From positions 48,608 to 112,607 of the forward strand of contig JAJEGF010000081.1 of the NCBI GenBank assembly GCA_022820025.1: a DNA stretch of 64,000 nt. Reading direction: 5' to 3'. The notes below the pieces were generated by a model. The model did no database searches. It worked only from the letters and a program-made list of their open reading frames with translations, and had not been told where the DNA came from. How positions within the stretch are numbered: the first letter of the stretch is position 1; the number at the start of each line of letters is the position of its first letter. Of this stretch, positions 39,327 through 49,399 are shown piece after piece. The translations under genes and the position numbers were made by a program. Origin of the DNA: Chloroflexota bacterium (GTDB taxonomy: Bacteria > Chloroflexota > UBA11872).

Positions 39327-40118
39327 CTACTGGATCGACCGGTACCGCCACACCGCCAGCGGCACGAACACCGCCATGATCCCCGCCATCCAGGCCAGCG
39401 CCCACACCAGCGGCTCCCAGAAGTCCGTGCCCAGCGCCAGCCCGCGCATCGCGTTGACCGTGTGCGTCACCGGGCTGTTCTCGGCGACGACCTTCAGCCA
39501 GTCGGGCATCGTCTCCACCGGTACGAACACCGAGCTCACGAACACCAGCGGAAACAACCACACGAACGACGCCACCTGCGCCGTCTCCGCCCGCCGCACG
39601 CTGGTGCCGATGGCCGCCGAGATCCAGCAAAACGTCTGACCGAACAGCACCGCCACGAAGGGCATCGCAATCGCCCCGGCCACCGTCCCGTGGTACCGGA
39701 ACCCGATCAGGAATCCCACGCCCAGCATCAACCCCACCACGAATACGTTCCGCGTGGTGTCCGCCAGGATCCGCCCCGCCACCACCGCCGACCGCGCCAT
39801 CGGCAGCGTGCGATAGCGATCGATCATCCCGCTCGTAACGTCCACCGCCAGCCCCACGCCCGTCTGGGTCGACCCGAACAACACCGACTGCGCCAGGATC
39901 CCAGGCAGCAGGAAGTCGATGTAGTCCACCGGCCCCGTCTGGATCGCCCCGCCGAACACATACGCGAACAGCAGCACGAACATCACCGGCTGGATCGTCG
40001 AAAACACCAGCAGGTCCGGCTGCCGCCGGTAGGCCAGCATGTTGCGCTTCCACAGTTGCAGGATGTCGCCCGGCGCATAACGCGCCTCCACCCGCAGCGC
40101 GTCCATTGAAACCACCAT
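39327..40118 (-). CDS. ABC-2 type transporter permease
   Basis: 263 aa, six TM helices. ATGA overlap with the upstream ATPase gene. Confidence 0.6.
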   Translation of the reverse strand: MVVSMDALRVEARYAPGDILQLWKRNMLAYRRQPDLLVFSTIQPVMFVLLFAYVFGGAIQTGPVDYIDFLLPGILAQSVLFGSTQTGVGLAVDVTSGMIDRYRTLPMARSAVVAGRILADTTRNVFVVGLMLGVGFLIGFRYHGTVAGAIAMPFVAVLFGQTFCWISAAIGTSVRRAETAQVASFVWLFPLVFVSSVFVPVETMPDWLKVVAENSPVTHTVNAMRGLALGTDFWEPLVWALAWMAGIMAVFVPLAVWRYRSIQ

Positions 40119-41113
40119 CAGACCGCTCCCGTGGGCGCCTCGGCCGGCTCGCTCTCGGCCCGATGCCCGGTCAATGACAGGAACACTTCATCCAGCGTCG
40201 GCTGCCGCAGCCCGATGTCAGCAATCGCTACCTCGGCCTCGTCCAGCCGCCGCACCACCCCGGCCAGCCGCGCCGGCCCGTTGGAGACCGCCACCGACAC
40301 CGTGCCCGTGGCATCGTCAACCGTCGGCGGCCCCTCGCCCTCGGCCTCCAGCACCTCCCGTACCTGGTCCAGCGCCGCCAGGTCGCTCACCCGCACGGTC
40401 AGGTGCTCGCCGCCCGACCGTGCCTTCAGGTCCGCCGCCGTGCCCTGGGCGATGATCCGCCCGTGGTCGATCACCACGATCTCGTCCGCCAGTTGATCGG
40501 CTTCTTCCAGGTACTGCGTCGTCAGCAGCACCGTCGTCCCGGTCGCCACCAGCTCGCGAATCACCGTCCACAGCTCGAGCCGCGCCTGCGGATCCAGCCC
40601 CGTCGTCGGCTCGTCCAGGAACAGCACCTCGGGATCTGCCACCAGGCTCGCCGCCAGGTCCAGCCGCCGCCGCATCCCGCCGGAGTAGGTCCTGGCCGCA
40701 CGGTCGGCCGCGTCCGTCAGATCGAATCGCGCCAGCAGTTCGCCAGTGCGTGTCGCGGCCCTCGCCCGTCCCATGTGGTACAGGTTCGCCACCATCTCCA
40801 GGTTCTCGCGGCCCGTCAGCGTGTCGTCGATCGCCGCCGACTGCCCCGCCAGCCCGATCAGCGGACGCACCCGCGTCCGCTCGCGCCGCACGTCGAACCC
40901 CGCCACCGTCGCCGAACCCTCGTCCGGATCCAGCAGCGTCGTCAGCACCCGCACCAGCGTGGTCTTGCCGGCCCCGTTGGGCCCCAGCAGGCCCAGCACC
41001 GTCCCCGTGTCGATCTCCAGGCTCACCCCGGCCAGCGCCTGCACGTCCCCAAAAGACTTGTGAACGTCGCGCACAACCACAATTGGGGCGCTGCCGTTAG
41101 AACGGTCGGCCAT
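40118..41113 (-). CDS. ABC transporter ATP-binding protein (DrrA-like exporter ATPase)
   Basis: Walker A GPNGAGKTTL, signature YSGGMRRR, Walker B LLFLDEPTTGLD. Internal ATG at 41113 preferred over the ORF-track start. Confidence 0.75.
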   Translation of the reverse strand: MADRSNGSAPIVVVRDVHKSFGDVQALAGVSLEIDTGTVLGLLGPNGAGKTTLVRVLTTLLDPDEGSATVAGFDVRRERTRVRPLIGLAGQSAAIDDTLTGRENLEMVANLYHMGRARAATRTGELLARFDLTDAADRAARTYSGGMRRRLDLAASLVADPEVLFLDEPTTGLDPQARLELWTVIRELVATGTTVLLTTQYLEEADQLADEIVVIDHGRIIAQGTAADLKARSGGEHLTVRVSDLAALDQVREVLEAEGEGPPTVDDATGTVSVAVSNGPARLAGVVRRLDEAEVAIADIGLRQPTLDEVFLSLTGHRAESEPAEAPTGAV

Positions 41114-41243
41114 TAGCTCCGCATCTCCAGTCCTGCCTGGCACGCCGGTCCCAAGACGCAACCCGGCAATTGTCGCACGCACCGAAGCGCCGGAAAGGTT
41201 GCTTTCTCACGGTCCGCGAAGGACGAGGATTCCTCCGACTGGG

Positions 41244-41681
41244 CTAACGCCGCCTCTTCCGCACCCGCACCACCACCTGCCCGTCCCGCACCTCCACCGG
41301 AAACGTCCGCGCCCGTACCCGTTCGTCGTACAGCGCCTGCCCTGTCGTTATGTCAAATTCCCAATTGTGGAACGGGCACCGCAGGATCTCGCCCTCCCGC
41401 TCGAACTCCCAGTACCCCACCTTGTCGGACACCGGATGCGGCCGAATCCGCCCCCGGCACAGCGGTCCGCCCCGATGCGGACAGTGATTCAGCATCGCGT
41501 ACAACTCGCCGCCCACATTGAAAACCGTCACCCCATACCCCAGCGCCCCCCTCACCTCCCGCCGCTCCCCCGCCGGCAACTCGGCCAACGGACAAACCAC
41601 AACCTCGTCAGACCCAGCCACCGTCACGTGCTCCGATGCCGCTGGGGAACCCAGCAAGACTCCTCGCTCCCCCCAAGCCAC
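41244..41681 (-). CDS. Rieske [2Fe-2S] domain protein
   Basis: CPHRGGPL and CPFHNWEF cluster-binding boxes. GTG start with a GGAGG SD. Confidence 0.7.
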   Translation of the reverse strand: MAWGERGVLLGSPAASEHVTVAGSDEVVVCPLAELPAGERREVRGALGYGVTVFNVGGELYAMLNHCPHRGGPLCRGRIRPHPVSDKVGYWEFEREGEILRCPFHNWEFDITTGQALYDERVRARTFPVEVRDGQVVVRVRKRRR

Positions 41682-41699
41682 GGCCGCTCTTCCTCCGTC

Positions 41700-41850
41700 T
41701 CCCCGTGGAAACCTTTGCGTAACCCGAGAGGCGAATGCGCGGTTTCAGTCCATTCGCGGAGCCGCCGTTCCTTCCCCTCTCCTGGGGGAGAGGCAGATTC
41801 GGCCGTCTTCGGCCGAAATCGGTGAGGGGTCTTCCGGGCAACCACCTGTC
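41700..41850 (+). repeat. Conserved intergenic element, copy 2
   Basis: See copy 1. Located between the Rieske gene start and the amidohydrolase gene end. Confidence 0.55.
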
Positions 41851-41942
41851 GGGTTTTGCAAAAGCCTCTTCGGGGAGTGAATTGGGATGAGGATCTTCCC
41901 CCGCCACTCCTCGCAGGACACGAAGGCATGCAGGGAGAACAG

Positions 41943-43052
41943 CTACAACCGGAACGCCGCCCGCGCCGTCTCGCCAAAAATGTTGTTGCGCATCTCGGCT
42001 GGAAAGTCCGGCGCCACCGACGTCGGCGAGTCCCAGTCCCAGTGCGGGAAATCGCTCGCGTACACCAGCGTCTCGTCCGCTCGAGCCTGCTCCAGGAACC
42101 AGTGCAGGTCCTCGCGCGATCCCGGCTGCTCCATCGGCTGCGTGCCCACCCGGATGTGATCGCGGAAATACTCACTCGGCAGCCGCTTCACCCACGGCGT
42201 GTAGTCCCGCACCGCCTTCCAGTCGGCGTCGAAGTGGTTCAGCAGTCCTGGAATCCACCACGTATCCACTTCCACGAACACCCACGTCAGCGTCGGAAAC
42301 TTCTCGAACACCCCTTCGCAGATCAGGCTGGCCGTATGCGCCTGCGCGATCTGCGGACGCGCCATCCGCATCTCCAGGTAATAGGTCGGGAAACCGGCCG
42401 CCGTCGGCGGATTTGTCTGACCCCGCCCCTCGCCCCCGAAGTGCGTCACGATCGTCAGCCCGTACCGCTCCGCCGCCTCATAAATCGAGTGATAGATCCG
42501 GTTCCCGTACGGATGACGTCCGCCCGCCGGCAGCATCACCCCCACCACCGCCGGGTGATCCCCCAGCCGCTCGATCTCCTCCACCGCCAGCACCGGATCG
42601 TTCGGCCCCACCGCCAGCGTCGCGCGGAACCGCGGGTCCTTCGCCACCCAGTGATCCATCGTCCAGTCGTTATGCGCCCGGCAGATCGCCGCCGCGTAAT
42701 CCAGGTTCGTCATCCCCACCGTCGGGTACACCATCTGCCCCGTCAGGATCGCCACGTCGAACCCGTACGGATCCAGGTGCTCCTTGACCGTGAACTCCGC
42801 GAAGTCCGTGTCCTCGTCCACGTCGTGGTCGGTCCGGTAGCCGTGCGAGTTCGGCATGTTCGTCCAGCCGCCGTTAGGAAACATGGACCCGAAGTCCTTG
42901 ATTTCCTGCACGTACTGCCGTGGCAGATAGGGAAAGATCTCGTCGATCTTGTGCCACAGGTGGTGACAATCGCAGTCCACCAGGTACGGCGCGACTTTGC
43001 GATACGTGGGCGCCCGCTCGGCGGGGCGGGGCAGGGAGTCAACGGCCGCCAT
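41943..43052 (-). CDS. Amidohydrolase-2 (ACMSD-like metal-dependent hydrolase) family protein
   Basis: N-terminal VDCDCHH metal-binding motif. Internal ATG at 43052 chosen. Confidence 0.6.
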   Translation of the reverse strand: MAAVDSLPRPAERAPTYRKVAPYLVDCDCHHLWHKIDEIFPYLPRQYVQEIKDFGSMFPNGGWTNMPNSHGYRTDHDVDEDTDFAEFTVKEHLDPYGFDVAILTGQMVYPTVGMTNLDYAAAICRAHNDWTMDHWVAKDPRFRATLAVGPNDPVLAVEEIERLGDHPAVVGVMLPAGGRHPYGNRIYHSIYEAAERYGLTIVTHFGGEGRGQTNPPTAAGFPTYYLEMRMARPQIAQAHTASLICEGVFEKFPTLTWVFVEVDTWWIPGLLNHFDADWKAVRDYTPWVKRLPSEYFRDHIRVGTQPMEQPGSREDLHWFLEQARADETLVYASDFPHWDWDSPTSVAPDFPAEMRNNIFGETARAAFRL

Positions 43053-43073
43053 GACTCGACTCCAGCGCAATCC

Positions 43074-44504
43074 TCAGCGCAACGCCGATGGTATCCCACC
43101 CACCCGCGGCCTGGGCCAGATGGCGGCAATGAGCAGAACGGGGACCAGCGTCACCGTCGTCAGCGCAACGGCCGCCGTGGCGACCGCAACCGGCCACGGC
43201 CAGTCGGATGTCACCAGCCGCCAGAGCGACTGCGCCTTGCTCCGCGTCGGCTCCGCCGCGCCGTGAGCGACAAACTCGAGATCCTGATCCGGCCATGTCA
43301 GCTCGCCGTTCACCCAGAGCCGCCCGTCCTTGAACCGATCCCCCTTCACCATCCCAACCCGCAGAGATGCCGTTGGCTCAACGTCAGCCACGACTTGCAG
43401 AAACACTTGACGCCCCTCGTCCGCGGTCAAGAGGGGAACGTCGATATCGATCCACGCCGGAAGATCGCCGGCGGGGACTTCGACCCGTCCCTCCCGGAGC
43501 ACGCGGCCCTGCCCCGAGTCAAAGCCCTCCAGCACCCGCCAGATCGCCTCGCCCGACCGCCGCTCGGGGTCACGATTCGCCAGCGGCACGCTCAGCCCTG
43601 AAACCGCACCCGCCGGCATGGGAAACCCCTGCGCCAACGACTGCTCAGTCTCAAGGCTCACCCAGTACGTCACGTGTCCCGCTGTCGCTCGTGAATCCAC
43701 CAGCGGCACGCGATACGCAAGCCCCGCGAAGAGAACGCCAACGGTCAAGACCGCGAGAGTCGACCCGATAGTCACCCGCTTGATTTGACGCTCGCTGAAC
43801 GTGTCTCCAAATGGATTTGACCGGGCCAACGCCGCAGCGGCGCTCAGGGCTATCAGGAGGGTCCCCCCAAACTCAAGGGTCTCCTCCATCACCACCATGA
43901 GATCACTTGCCCGGCCTCGGAACACCGCCAGGGTCACCGCTTCGCAGAGCAAAGCGAACAACCACACGGCCAGGCCCAGCGCGAACGGCGCCCGAACGCT
44001 TCGAGTCCGCAGCCCGCGTACCCAGAAGATCCCCATCAGAATCGCAAAGGCCGCGATCAGCGGGCTCACCAGCAGAACCCAGACATACGGGCCGGCGCTC
44101 GCTATCAGATCGACGCCCAGCAGCCGCGATCCGATAGCCGGCACGATCGTCGAATGAACCTCGGTCGTCTCTTCCCAGCCCAGTACGAGTGCTGTGCCCG
44201 ACAGCACAGCCCAGCCACCAACGGCAATCCGACCTTCACCTCGTCCACGACTCACAACAGCCGCCAGCATTGCGAGCACGCCCAAGACCAGCAGGGCTGC
44301 GGTTGAAGCCCGGTTCGCCAGCCTGCCCTCATAGTCGATGTCCGGGTTCAGATCTCGCGGAATCGACTCCGGCGCCAGCCACCCGGGAAACGCCAGGCTC
44401 ACCAGGTTCGGAACCACCACCCCACCCCACCAGAACAGCACCGCGCCCAGCAGCAGCAGCCGCCCGACCCAACCCGCCCGCGGCCTCGTCACCAGCGTCC
44501 GCAT
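43074..44504 (-). CDS. Polytopic integral membrane protein, hypothetical
   Basis: About 475 aa with many hydrophobic helices. No kinase or transporter motifs seen. Immediately downstream of the response regulator. Confidence 0.4.
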   Translation of the reverse strand: MRTLVTRPRAGWVGRLLLLGAVLFWWGGVVVPNLVSLAFPGWLAPESIPRDLNPDIDYEGRLANRASTAALLVLGVLAMLAAVVSRGRGEGRIAVGGWAVLSGTALVLGWEETTEVHSTIVPAIGSRLLGVDLIASAGPYVWVLLVSPLIAAFAILMGIFWVRGLRTRSVRAPFALGLAVWLFALLCEAVTLAVFRGRASDLMVVMEETLEFGGTLLIALSAAAALARSNPFGDTFSERQIKRVTIGSTLAVLTVGVLFAGLAYRVPLVDSRATAGHVTYWVSLETEQSLAQGFPMPAGAVSGLSVPLANRDPERRSGEAIWRVLEGFDSGQGRVLREGRVEVPAGDLPAWIDIDVPLLTADEGRQVFLQVVADVEPTASLRVGMVKGDRFKDGRLWVNGELTWPDQDLEFVAHGAAEPTRSKAQSLWRLVTSDWPWPVAVATAAVALTTVTLVPVLLIAAIWPRPRVGGIPSALR

Positions 44505-44522
44505 CCGCTCCACGTCGCGGCG

Positions 44523-45218
44523 TCAGCCATGCTTCCGCAGCACGTACCCCACCCCAGGCCTTGTCACCAGGTGCCGTGGATCCGCCGGATGTCGCTCGAT
44601 CTTCTCCCGCACCCGCCGCACATACACCCGCGCCAGGTGCCGGTCCCCCGCATACTCCGGCCCCCACACCTCGTCGACCAGTTGCGCCGGCCTGAACACC
44701 CGGTCGCGGTTCCTCGCCAGGAACCGCAACAGTCGAAACTCCGAGGCGCTCATCGCCACCGGCCGCCCCGCCACCCGCACCTCCGCCGCCGCAAAGTCCA
44801 CGGTCAGCCCGGCCGACGCAAACGGAGGCCACGCCCCCGCCGGCGCCCGCCACAGCACCGCCCGCAGTCGCGCCAGCAACTGATCCAGGTCAAACGGCTT
44901 CGCCAGGTAATCGTCCACCCCCGCCTCCAGCGCCCGCGCAATCCCCTCGTCATCCCCGGCCAGCGTCATGGCAACCACCGGCGCCTCACATACCTCGCGC
45001 AGCCGCGTCAACACGCACAGCGCCTCCACGTCCGGCAAGCCCAGATCAAGCAACACCACGTCGGGCGGGTCGGTTTGGGCCTCCGTCAGACCTCGCGAGC
45101 CAGTCCCGGCAAACACCGCCCGGAAATCGCCCACCGCCAGGTCCGCGCGCAGCTGCCGCACGTACCGCAGGTCATCCTCAACCACCAGCACCAGCGGGCG
45201 CTCGCGCCTGCCCCTCAT
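44523..45218 (-). CDS. Two-component response regulator, OmpR/PhoB family
   Basis: Receiver-domain DD...D (VVLLDLGLPD) and C-terminal winged-helix block (YVRRVREKIE). Confidence 0.75.
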   Translation of the reverse strand: MRGRRERPLVLVVEDDLRYVRQLRADLAVGDFRAVFAGTGSRGLTEAQTDPPDVVLLDLGLPDVEALCVLTRLREVCEAPVVAMTLAGDDEGIARALEAGVDDYLAKPFDLDQLLARLRAVLWRAPAGAWPPFASAGLTVDFAAAEVRVAGRPVAMSASEFRLLRFLARNRDRVFRPAQLVDEVWGPEYAGDRHLARVYVRRVREKIERHPADPRHLVTRPGVGYVLRKHG

Positions 45219-45342
45219 GCAGCGTCCCCTCGTCCGCGCGTAGCTCGTCTGCCCTCAACCGCGCATGGTGCGACACCCCGCGTGAGCCCGCACGCCCAAC
45301 CAACCACCCGCTCGCCAAACTACGAACCCGAAACATAAGATT

Positions 45343-46005
45343 ATGTCTATTCGCCGCCGCAAGGGTCCCCAGCCCATGGCCAGCAACCAGTCGGACTACC
45401 CCGTCCAGTTCTCCGTCGACTACCCCGACCGACCCCTCAACCGCCTCACCACCCTCGTCCGGCTCATCATGGTCATCCCCATCCTCATCGTCGCCGCCCT
45501 CATTCCGGGCTTCGTCAACAGCGGCCAGGCCGGCACGGACCAGGTGTCAATCTCCATCCCGCTCGTCTGGCTGCCCCTCGTCCTGATTCTGGTCTTCCGC
45601 CACAAGTACCCGCGCTGGTGGTTCGACTGGAACCTGGAACTCAGCCGCTTCGTCTACCGCATCGAGGTCTACGTCCTGGCCCTGCGCGACGAATACCCCT
45701 CCACCGACGACCACCAGGCCGTCCACCTCGACATCGACTACCCCGACGCCCAAACCGACCTCAACCGCTGGCTCCCCCTCGTCAAGTGGCTCCTCGCCAT
45801 CCCCCACTACATCGTCCTGGCCATCCTTGGCATCCTCGCCTTCGTCGCCGTGGTCCTGGGCTGGATCATGGTCGTCATCACCGCCCAGTACCCGCGCGCC
45901 CTCTTCGACTTCATCGTCGGCGTCATCCGCTACGGCGCCCGCGTCCAGGCCTACGCCTTCATGCTCACCACCGACCGCTACCCACCCTTCCGCCTCGACC
46001 CCTAA
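45343..46005 (+). CDS. DUF4389-family membrane protein
   Basis: VDYPDRPLNRLTTLVRLIMVIPILIV and a second repeat (DIDYPDAQTDLNRWLPLVKWLLAIPHYIV) typical of DUF4389. Confidence 0.5.
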   Translation: MSIRRRKGPQPMASNQSDYPVQFSVDYPDRPLNRLTTLVRLIMVIPILIVAALIPGFVNSGQAGTDQVSISIPLVWLPLVLILVFRHKYPRWWFDWNLELSRFVYRIEVYVLALRDEYPSTDDHQAVHLDIDYPDAQTDLNRWLPLVKWLLAIPHYIVLAILGILAFVAVVLGWIMVVITAQYPRALFDFIVGVIRYGARVQAYAFMLTTDRYPPFRLDP

Positions 46006-46312
46006 CCCCCCTCCAAGCGCCCCAGGCCAGCGCGTCTAGTCAACCGCAGTCCGGGGCGCACTAGCGGATGGTCAAGCCGCTCGTCCCAACGTGCATCGCC
46101 CCACCTGCCCGCACTACGAACCTACGCACCTACGCAACCCCAAGAAACCAAAACATCACCGCTACGGGCCATCGCGACGCCTCGTCATCCACATGGATAC
46201 AATCACGGCGATACTCGCCGCCGTGCACAAGTGACGGCGCGGTGTTCAAATCAGTCCGATGTGACGAGCTTCACAGAAGTCAGCTACGCGGCTTAGCCAA
46301 GAGGCGACATCA

Positions 46313-46519
46313 ATGAGCATTCGCCCAAGCCGCTTGCGCTTGGCCCCGGCGGCTGTCGTCTCCCTGCTGCTTCTTGCAATTGCGGCCGGCTGTCAACGGG
46401 TGACGGTACAGGAATCTCAGGAAGACCGCGTCGAGTGCCGCTCGCCGTTTCACGGGGATCCCATGCCCACCAAAGACAATCCCGTGCCGACCGCGATCAT
46501 GCGCTGCAATGACCCCTGA
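46313..46519 (+). CDS. Small putative lipoprotein (68 aa)
   Basis: Signal peptide plus lipobox LLAIAAGC. AGAGG SD. Immediately upstream of the PD40-LRR gene. Confidence 0.35.
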   Translation: MSIRPSRLRLAPAAVVSLLLLAIAAGCQRVTVQESQEDRVECRSPFHGDPMPTKDNPVPTAIMRCNDP

Positions 46520-46880
46520 GACCCGTTCGAGCCAAAGCTACATAGAGTCGCAGGCAGGAGGAGTCGGGATAGTGCCTCCGTCGGCATCCACCGGTACCAC
46601 GAGCTACAACAGGCGACTGCGGACGCCTCCGACCAGCAACGCCGGCGACCTTCCCGCACCAGTTGGACCCGAGGACGATCGATGCGCTAAACCAGCCGGA
46701 CTGACAAGGGTTATCACGGCGCCAGTCATGCGCTTGAGCCCGTCGCCGACCGCCGAAGAGTCTTTGACGAGCCAGAATGGGGCCTGTGAAGCTCTGCCGG
46801 CCTAACGCACATGATGTTTCGACAGGGCCCGAGTCATCTGGTTGAGGCAATACAACTACCCGACTTTGCGCAACCGACGC

Positions 46881-49205
46881 ATGAGTCGCTTTAAACGCAC
46901 CGCCTTGACCGCCAGCCGCGCGGTCGTGACTGTCCTCATCCTTGGAGCGTTCACCGGCTCGATTTCGCAGAACGCAGCGCTCAATGTTGGCGCGACGAAA
47001 GAGACTTTGGCGGCGTCCAAGAGCGGCAGTCGGCTAGCAGACCTTCGGCAGACTGCTGTGCAGGCCCCAGGATCTGCAACGATCCCCCCTTCCCGCAAAG
47101 CTCAATCTGCACTCTCAGAGACGCACCACTCCGCACTCGCCTCAATCTCAGACGACGAACCGCATTCGTTGCTGGCCGTTGCCGGTGGTGCTGCATCCGG
47201 GCAGAGCCAGTCCGAAGTTCAAGCAGAAAGGCGCGGTCTCGTTCCATCGTTATCACTTGCGCCCGGCACACCCGGGTCGTGCCAGGTCTATGGTTCGGCA
47301 GAGCGCTCGCACCGTCTCGACTACGGCCTCCACCGCAGCGGTTTCGACGCTGACCCTCTCTGGACCCGGGACATCAGCGGCTTCGAGACTCCTCCGCACT
47401 GGAGCACGGATGGCCGGTGGATCGTGTTCGGCGAGGGCGCCGAGGTGCACATGGTCTCGATGGATGGCAGGCAGTTCTTCCGGCTCGTTCGTGAATCCGA
47501 CGACTTCCATATCGGCTCGGCGCACTACGCCTTTAACCGACTGACGGGACTTGACGTATCCAGCGACGGAGCCGCGCTGGTGTACGCCGTGTGCTGGACG
47601 TATGTGAGTGGTGGAAGTCGGAATATGCAAACGATAAGGATTCCGCCGGAAGGTGGACGTCCGGGGCGTGCAATCTGCTTGGATTTCGACGCCTTGGCCG
47701 AACGTGTGGGGGAGTGCCCCACACGCAATCCGATGATTTCCGACACAAAAATTCTCACGTATCCGTCCGGCGACTCGACCTTTCGGGTCAAGGACGACTT
47801 CTACGAGGTCACGCTGGTTCGGCTCGATCAGGGAACGTTCACGCGTCTCCATCCAGGCAACTTTCCAGCGTTCTCGCCGGACGGCACACGGATTGCTTTC
47901 GTTGCCCAGGACGGGCGCGATGGACCCTCACGTCTCTACACCATGACAACGGACGGCACCGACGTGCGGAACCTGGGCGTCGCGCCGGTTAATCATCCGC
48001 CGCGTTGGTCGCCGGACGGCTCGCGCCTCGCATACGTCCTAGGGGACGAACACCCCTACGCGATTTACACGATCAACGCCGACGGGACTGAACGACAGTA
48101 CCTCTCGACTGCGATCAGCGGACCGGCGTGGTCGCCGGACGGCTCGCGGGTCGCGTTTGCCAAGGCCGACGGTCGCTCGACGGCGGTCTACACGATCGCT
48201 GCGGATGGAACGGACGCTCGGCCACTGACGACCCTACGTGTCGAGCCAGCCTGGGCATCAAGCATTGAGTGGTCGCCGGACGACTCGCGGCTCCTGGTTG
48301 CGTTTACTTCGTCCGTCTGGGTGGTGGCCCTTGACGGCGAATCCATGCACGAGCTGGTGAAGGTGCACGAGTCGCCGCACGTATACGAGGCGCGCTCCGT
48401 GCCCGCCTGGTCGCCCGATGGGACGCGGATCGCGCTGTACCAACCTTCGGAAGGTGGCAGCGGATTCCGTTACAGCGGCGGCGAGGTGGTGCTTGCCAGC
48501 CTGGCGTCGGATGGGTCGGACCCCCGGATGTTGGTCCGCGATCACGATGGTTTGATGGCGGAGCGTCAGGAAGATCTCGTGGTCAAGATCCCGGCGACGC
48601 CGGCGTCGTGTCGTGCCGGCGTGGTGGTATCGGCGCCCCTGCGCAACGCTGGCTTGGTCCGGGATTGCGAAACGCTGGTGGGACTACGGCACGACCTGTT
48701 TGGTACCGCCGCCACCAACTGGGGACGCGATGTTCCCGTAAACGACTGGGAGGGGGTGTCCGTTTCCGGCCCTCCTCCCCGAGTCAGGAAATTGGACTTC
48801 GGTGACGGGTCACTCGGTGAGTTCGCCCATGGCGGGGTCCTTCCGACGGCGTTGGCGGAGTTGGAATACCTTGACAGATTGGACCTCTCGGGTAATCGGT
48901 TCACCGGCCCGATTCCTGCCGAGTGGGGCCGGCTGACGAGGCTTCTCGTGCTGGACCTCTCCGACAACGATCTGACCGGCGAGATTCCAACTGAGCTGAG
49001 CGGCCTCGGCCGCTTAAGGGTCCTGGACCTCTCCAATAACGCGCTATCCGGTCCCATTCCGCCCGAGTTGGCCAAGATCGAGACTCTTCGAGAGTTACAA
49101 CTCGGCGGCAATTCACTGACGGGCTGTATCCCAGCCACGCTTTCGAATCTGCGGGGTATGGACACGTCGCTCTTGGGCCTTGAGCGGTGCGTGCCAGAGA
49201 CATGA
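46881..49205 (+). CDS. Secreted protein with TolB-like PD40 beta-propeller repeats and C-terminal plant-type leucine-rich repeats
   Basis: Signal peptide after ATG 46881. Repeated (A/P)WSPDGSR(I/V)AF motifs (PD40). C-terminal 24-residue LRRs LDLSxNxLTGxIPxELxxLxxLxx, four to five copies. Confidence 0.6.
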   Translation: MSRFKRTALTASRAVVTVLILGAFTGSISQNAALNVGATKETLAASKSGSRLADLRQTAVQAPGSATIPPSRKAQSALSETHHSALASISDDEPHSLLAVAGGAASGQSQSEVQAERRGLVPSLSLAPGTPGSCQVYGSAERSHRLDYGLHRSGFDADPLWTRDISGFETPPHWSTDGRWIVFGEGAEVHMVSMDGRQFFRLVRESDDFHIGSAHYAFNRLTGLDVSSDGAALVYAVCWTYVSGGSRNMQTIRIPPEGGRPGRAICLDFDALAERVGECPTRNPMISDTKILTYPSGDSTFRVKDDFYEVTLVRLDQGTFTRLHPGNFPAFSPDGTRIAFVAQDGRDGPSRLYTMTTDGTDVRNLGVAPVNHPPRWSPDGSRLAYVLGDEHPYAIYTINADGTERQYLSTAISGPAWSPDGSRVAFAKADGRSTAVYTIAADGTDARPLTTLRVEPAWASSIEWSPDDSRLLVAFTSSVWVVALDGESMHELVKVHESPHVYEARSVPAWSPDGTRIALYQPSEGGSGFRYSGGEVVLASLASDGSDPRMLVRDHDGLMAERQEDLVVKIPATPASCRAGVVVSAPLRNAGLVRDCETLVGLRHDLFGTAATNWGRDVPVNDWEGVSVSGPPPRVRKLDFGDGSLGEFAHGGVLPTALAELEYLDRLDLSGNRFTGPIPAEWGRLTRLLVLDLSDNDLTGEIPTELSGLGRLRVLDLSNNALSGPIPPELAKIETLRELQLGGNSLTGCIPATLSNLRGMDTSLLGLERCVPET

Positions 49206-49399
49206 GGACAACTCCTCAAAGTGACGTTCGTGAAGTCCTGCGGACAGCCGAGCGGTGAATGAAACGTCGCTCACCCACCCGCCCACGGATCAATCACCTC
49301 AACCCCACACCCCCAAAAACCCCTCCACATCCCGCGTCGCCACACCCATCCCCTTGGAGCGCGCGATTGCCGCAGTCTGGCAGTCCGCTTGACTGATCA

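Noticed and set aside
41856-43601. 581-aa + strand ORF
   Set aside because: Antisense to the amidohydrolase and membrane protein genes. Extreme Arg/Pro/His bias.
48566-49219. 217-aa minus-strand ORF
   Set aside because: Antisense to the LRR region of the PD40-LRR gene, whose repeats give strong sense-strand evidence.
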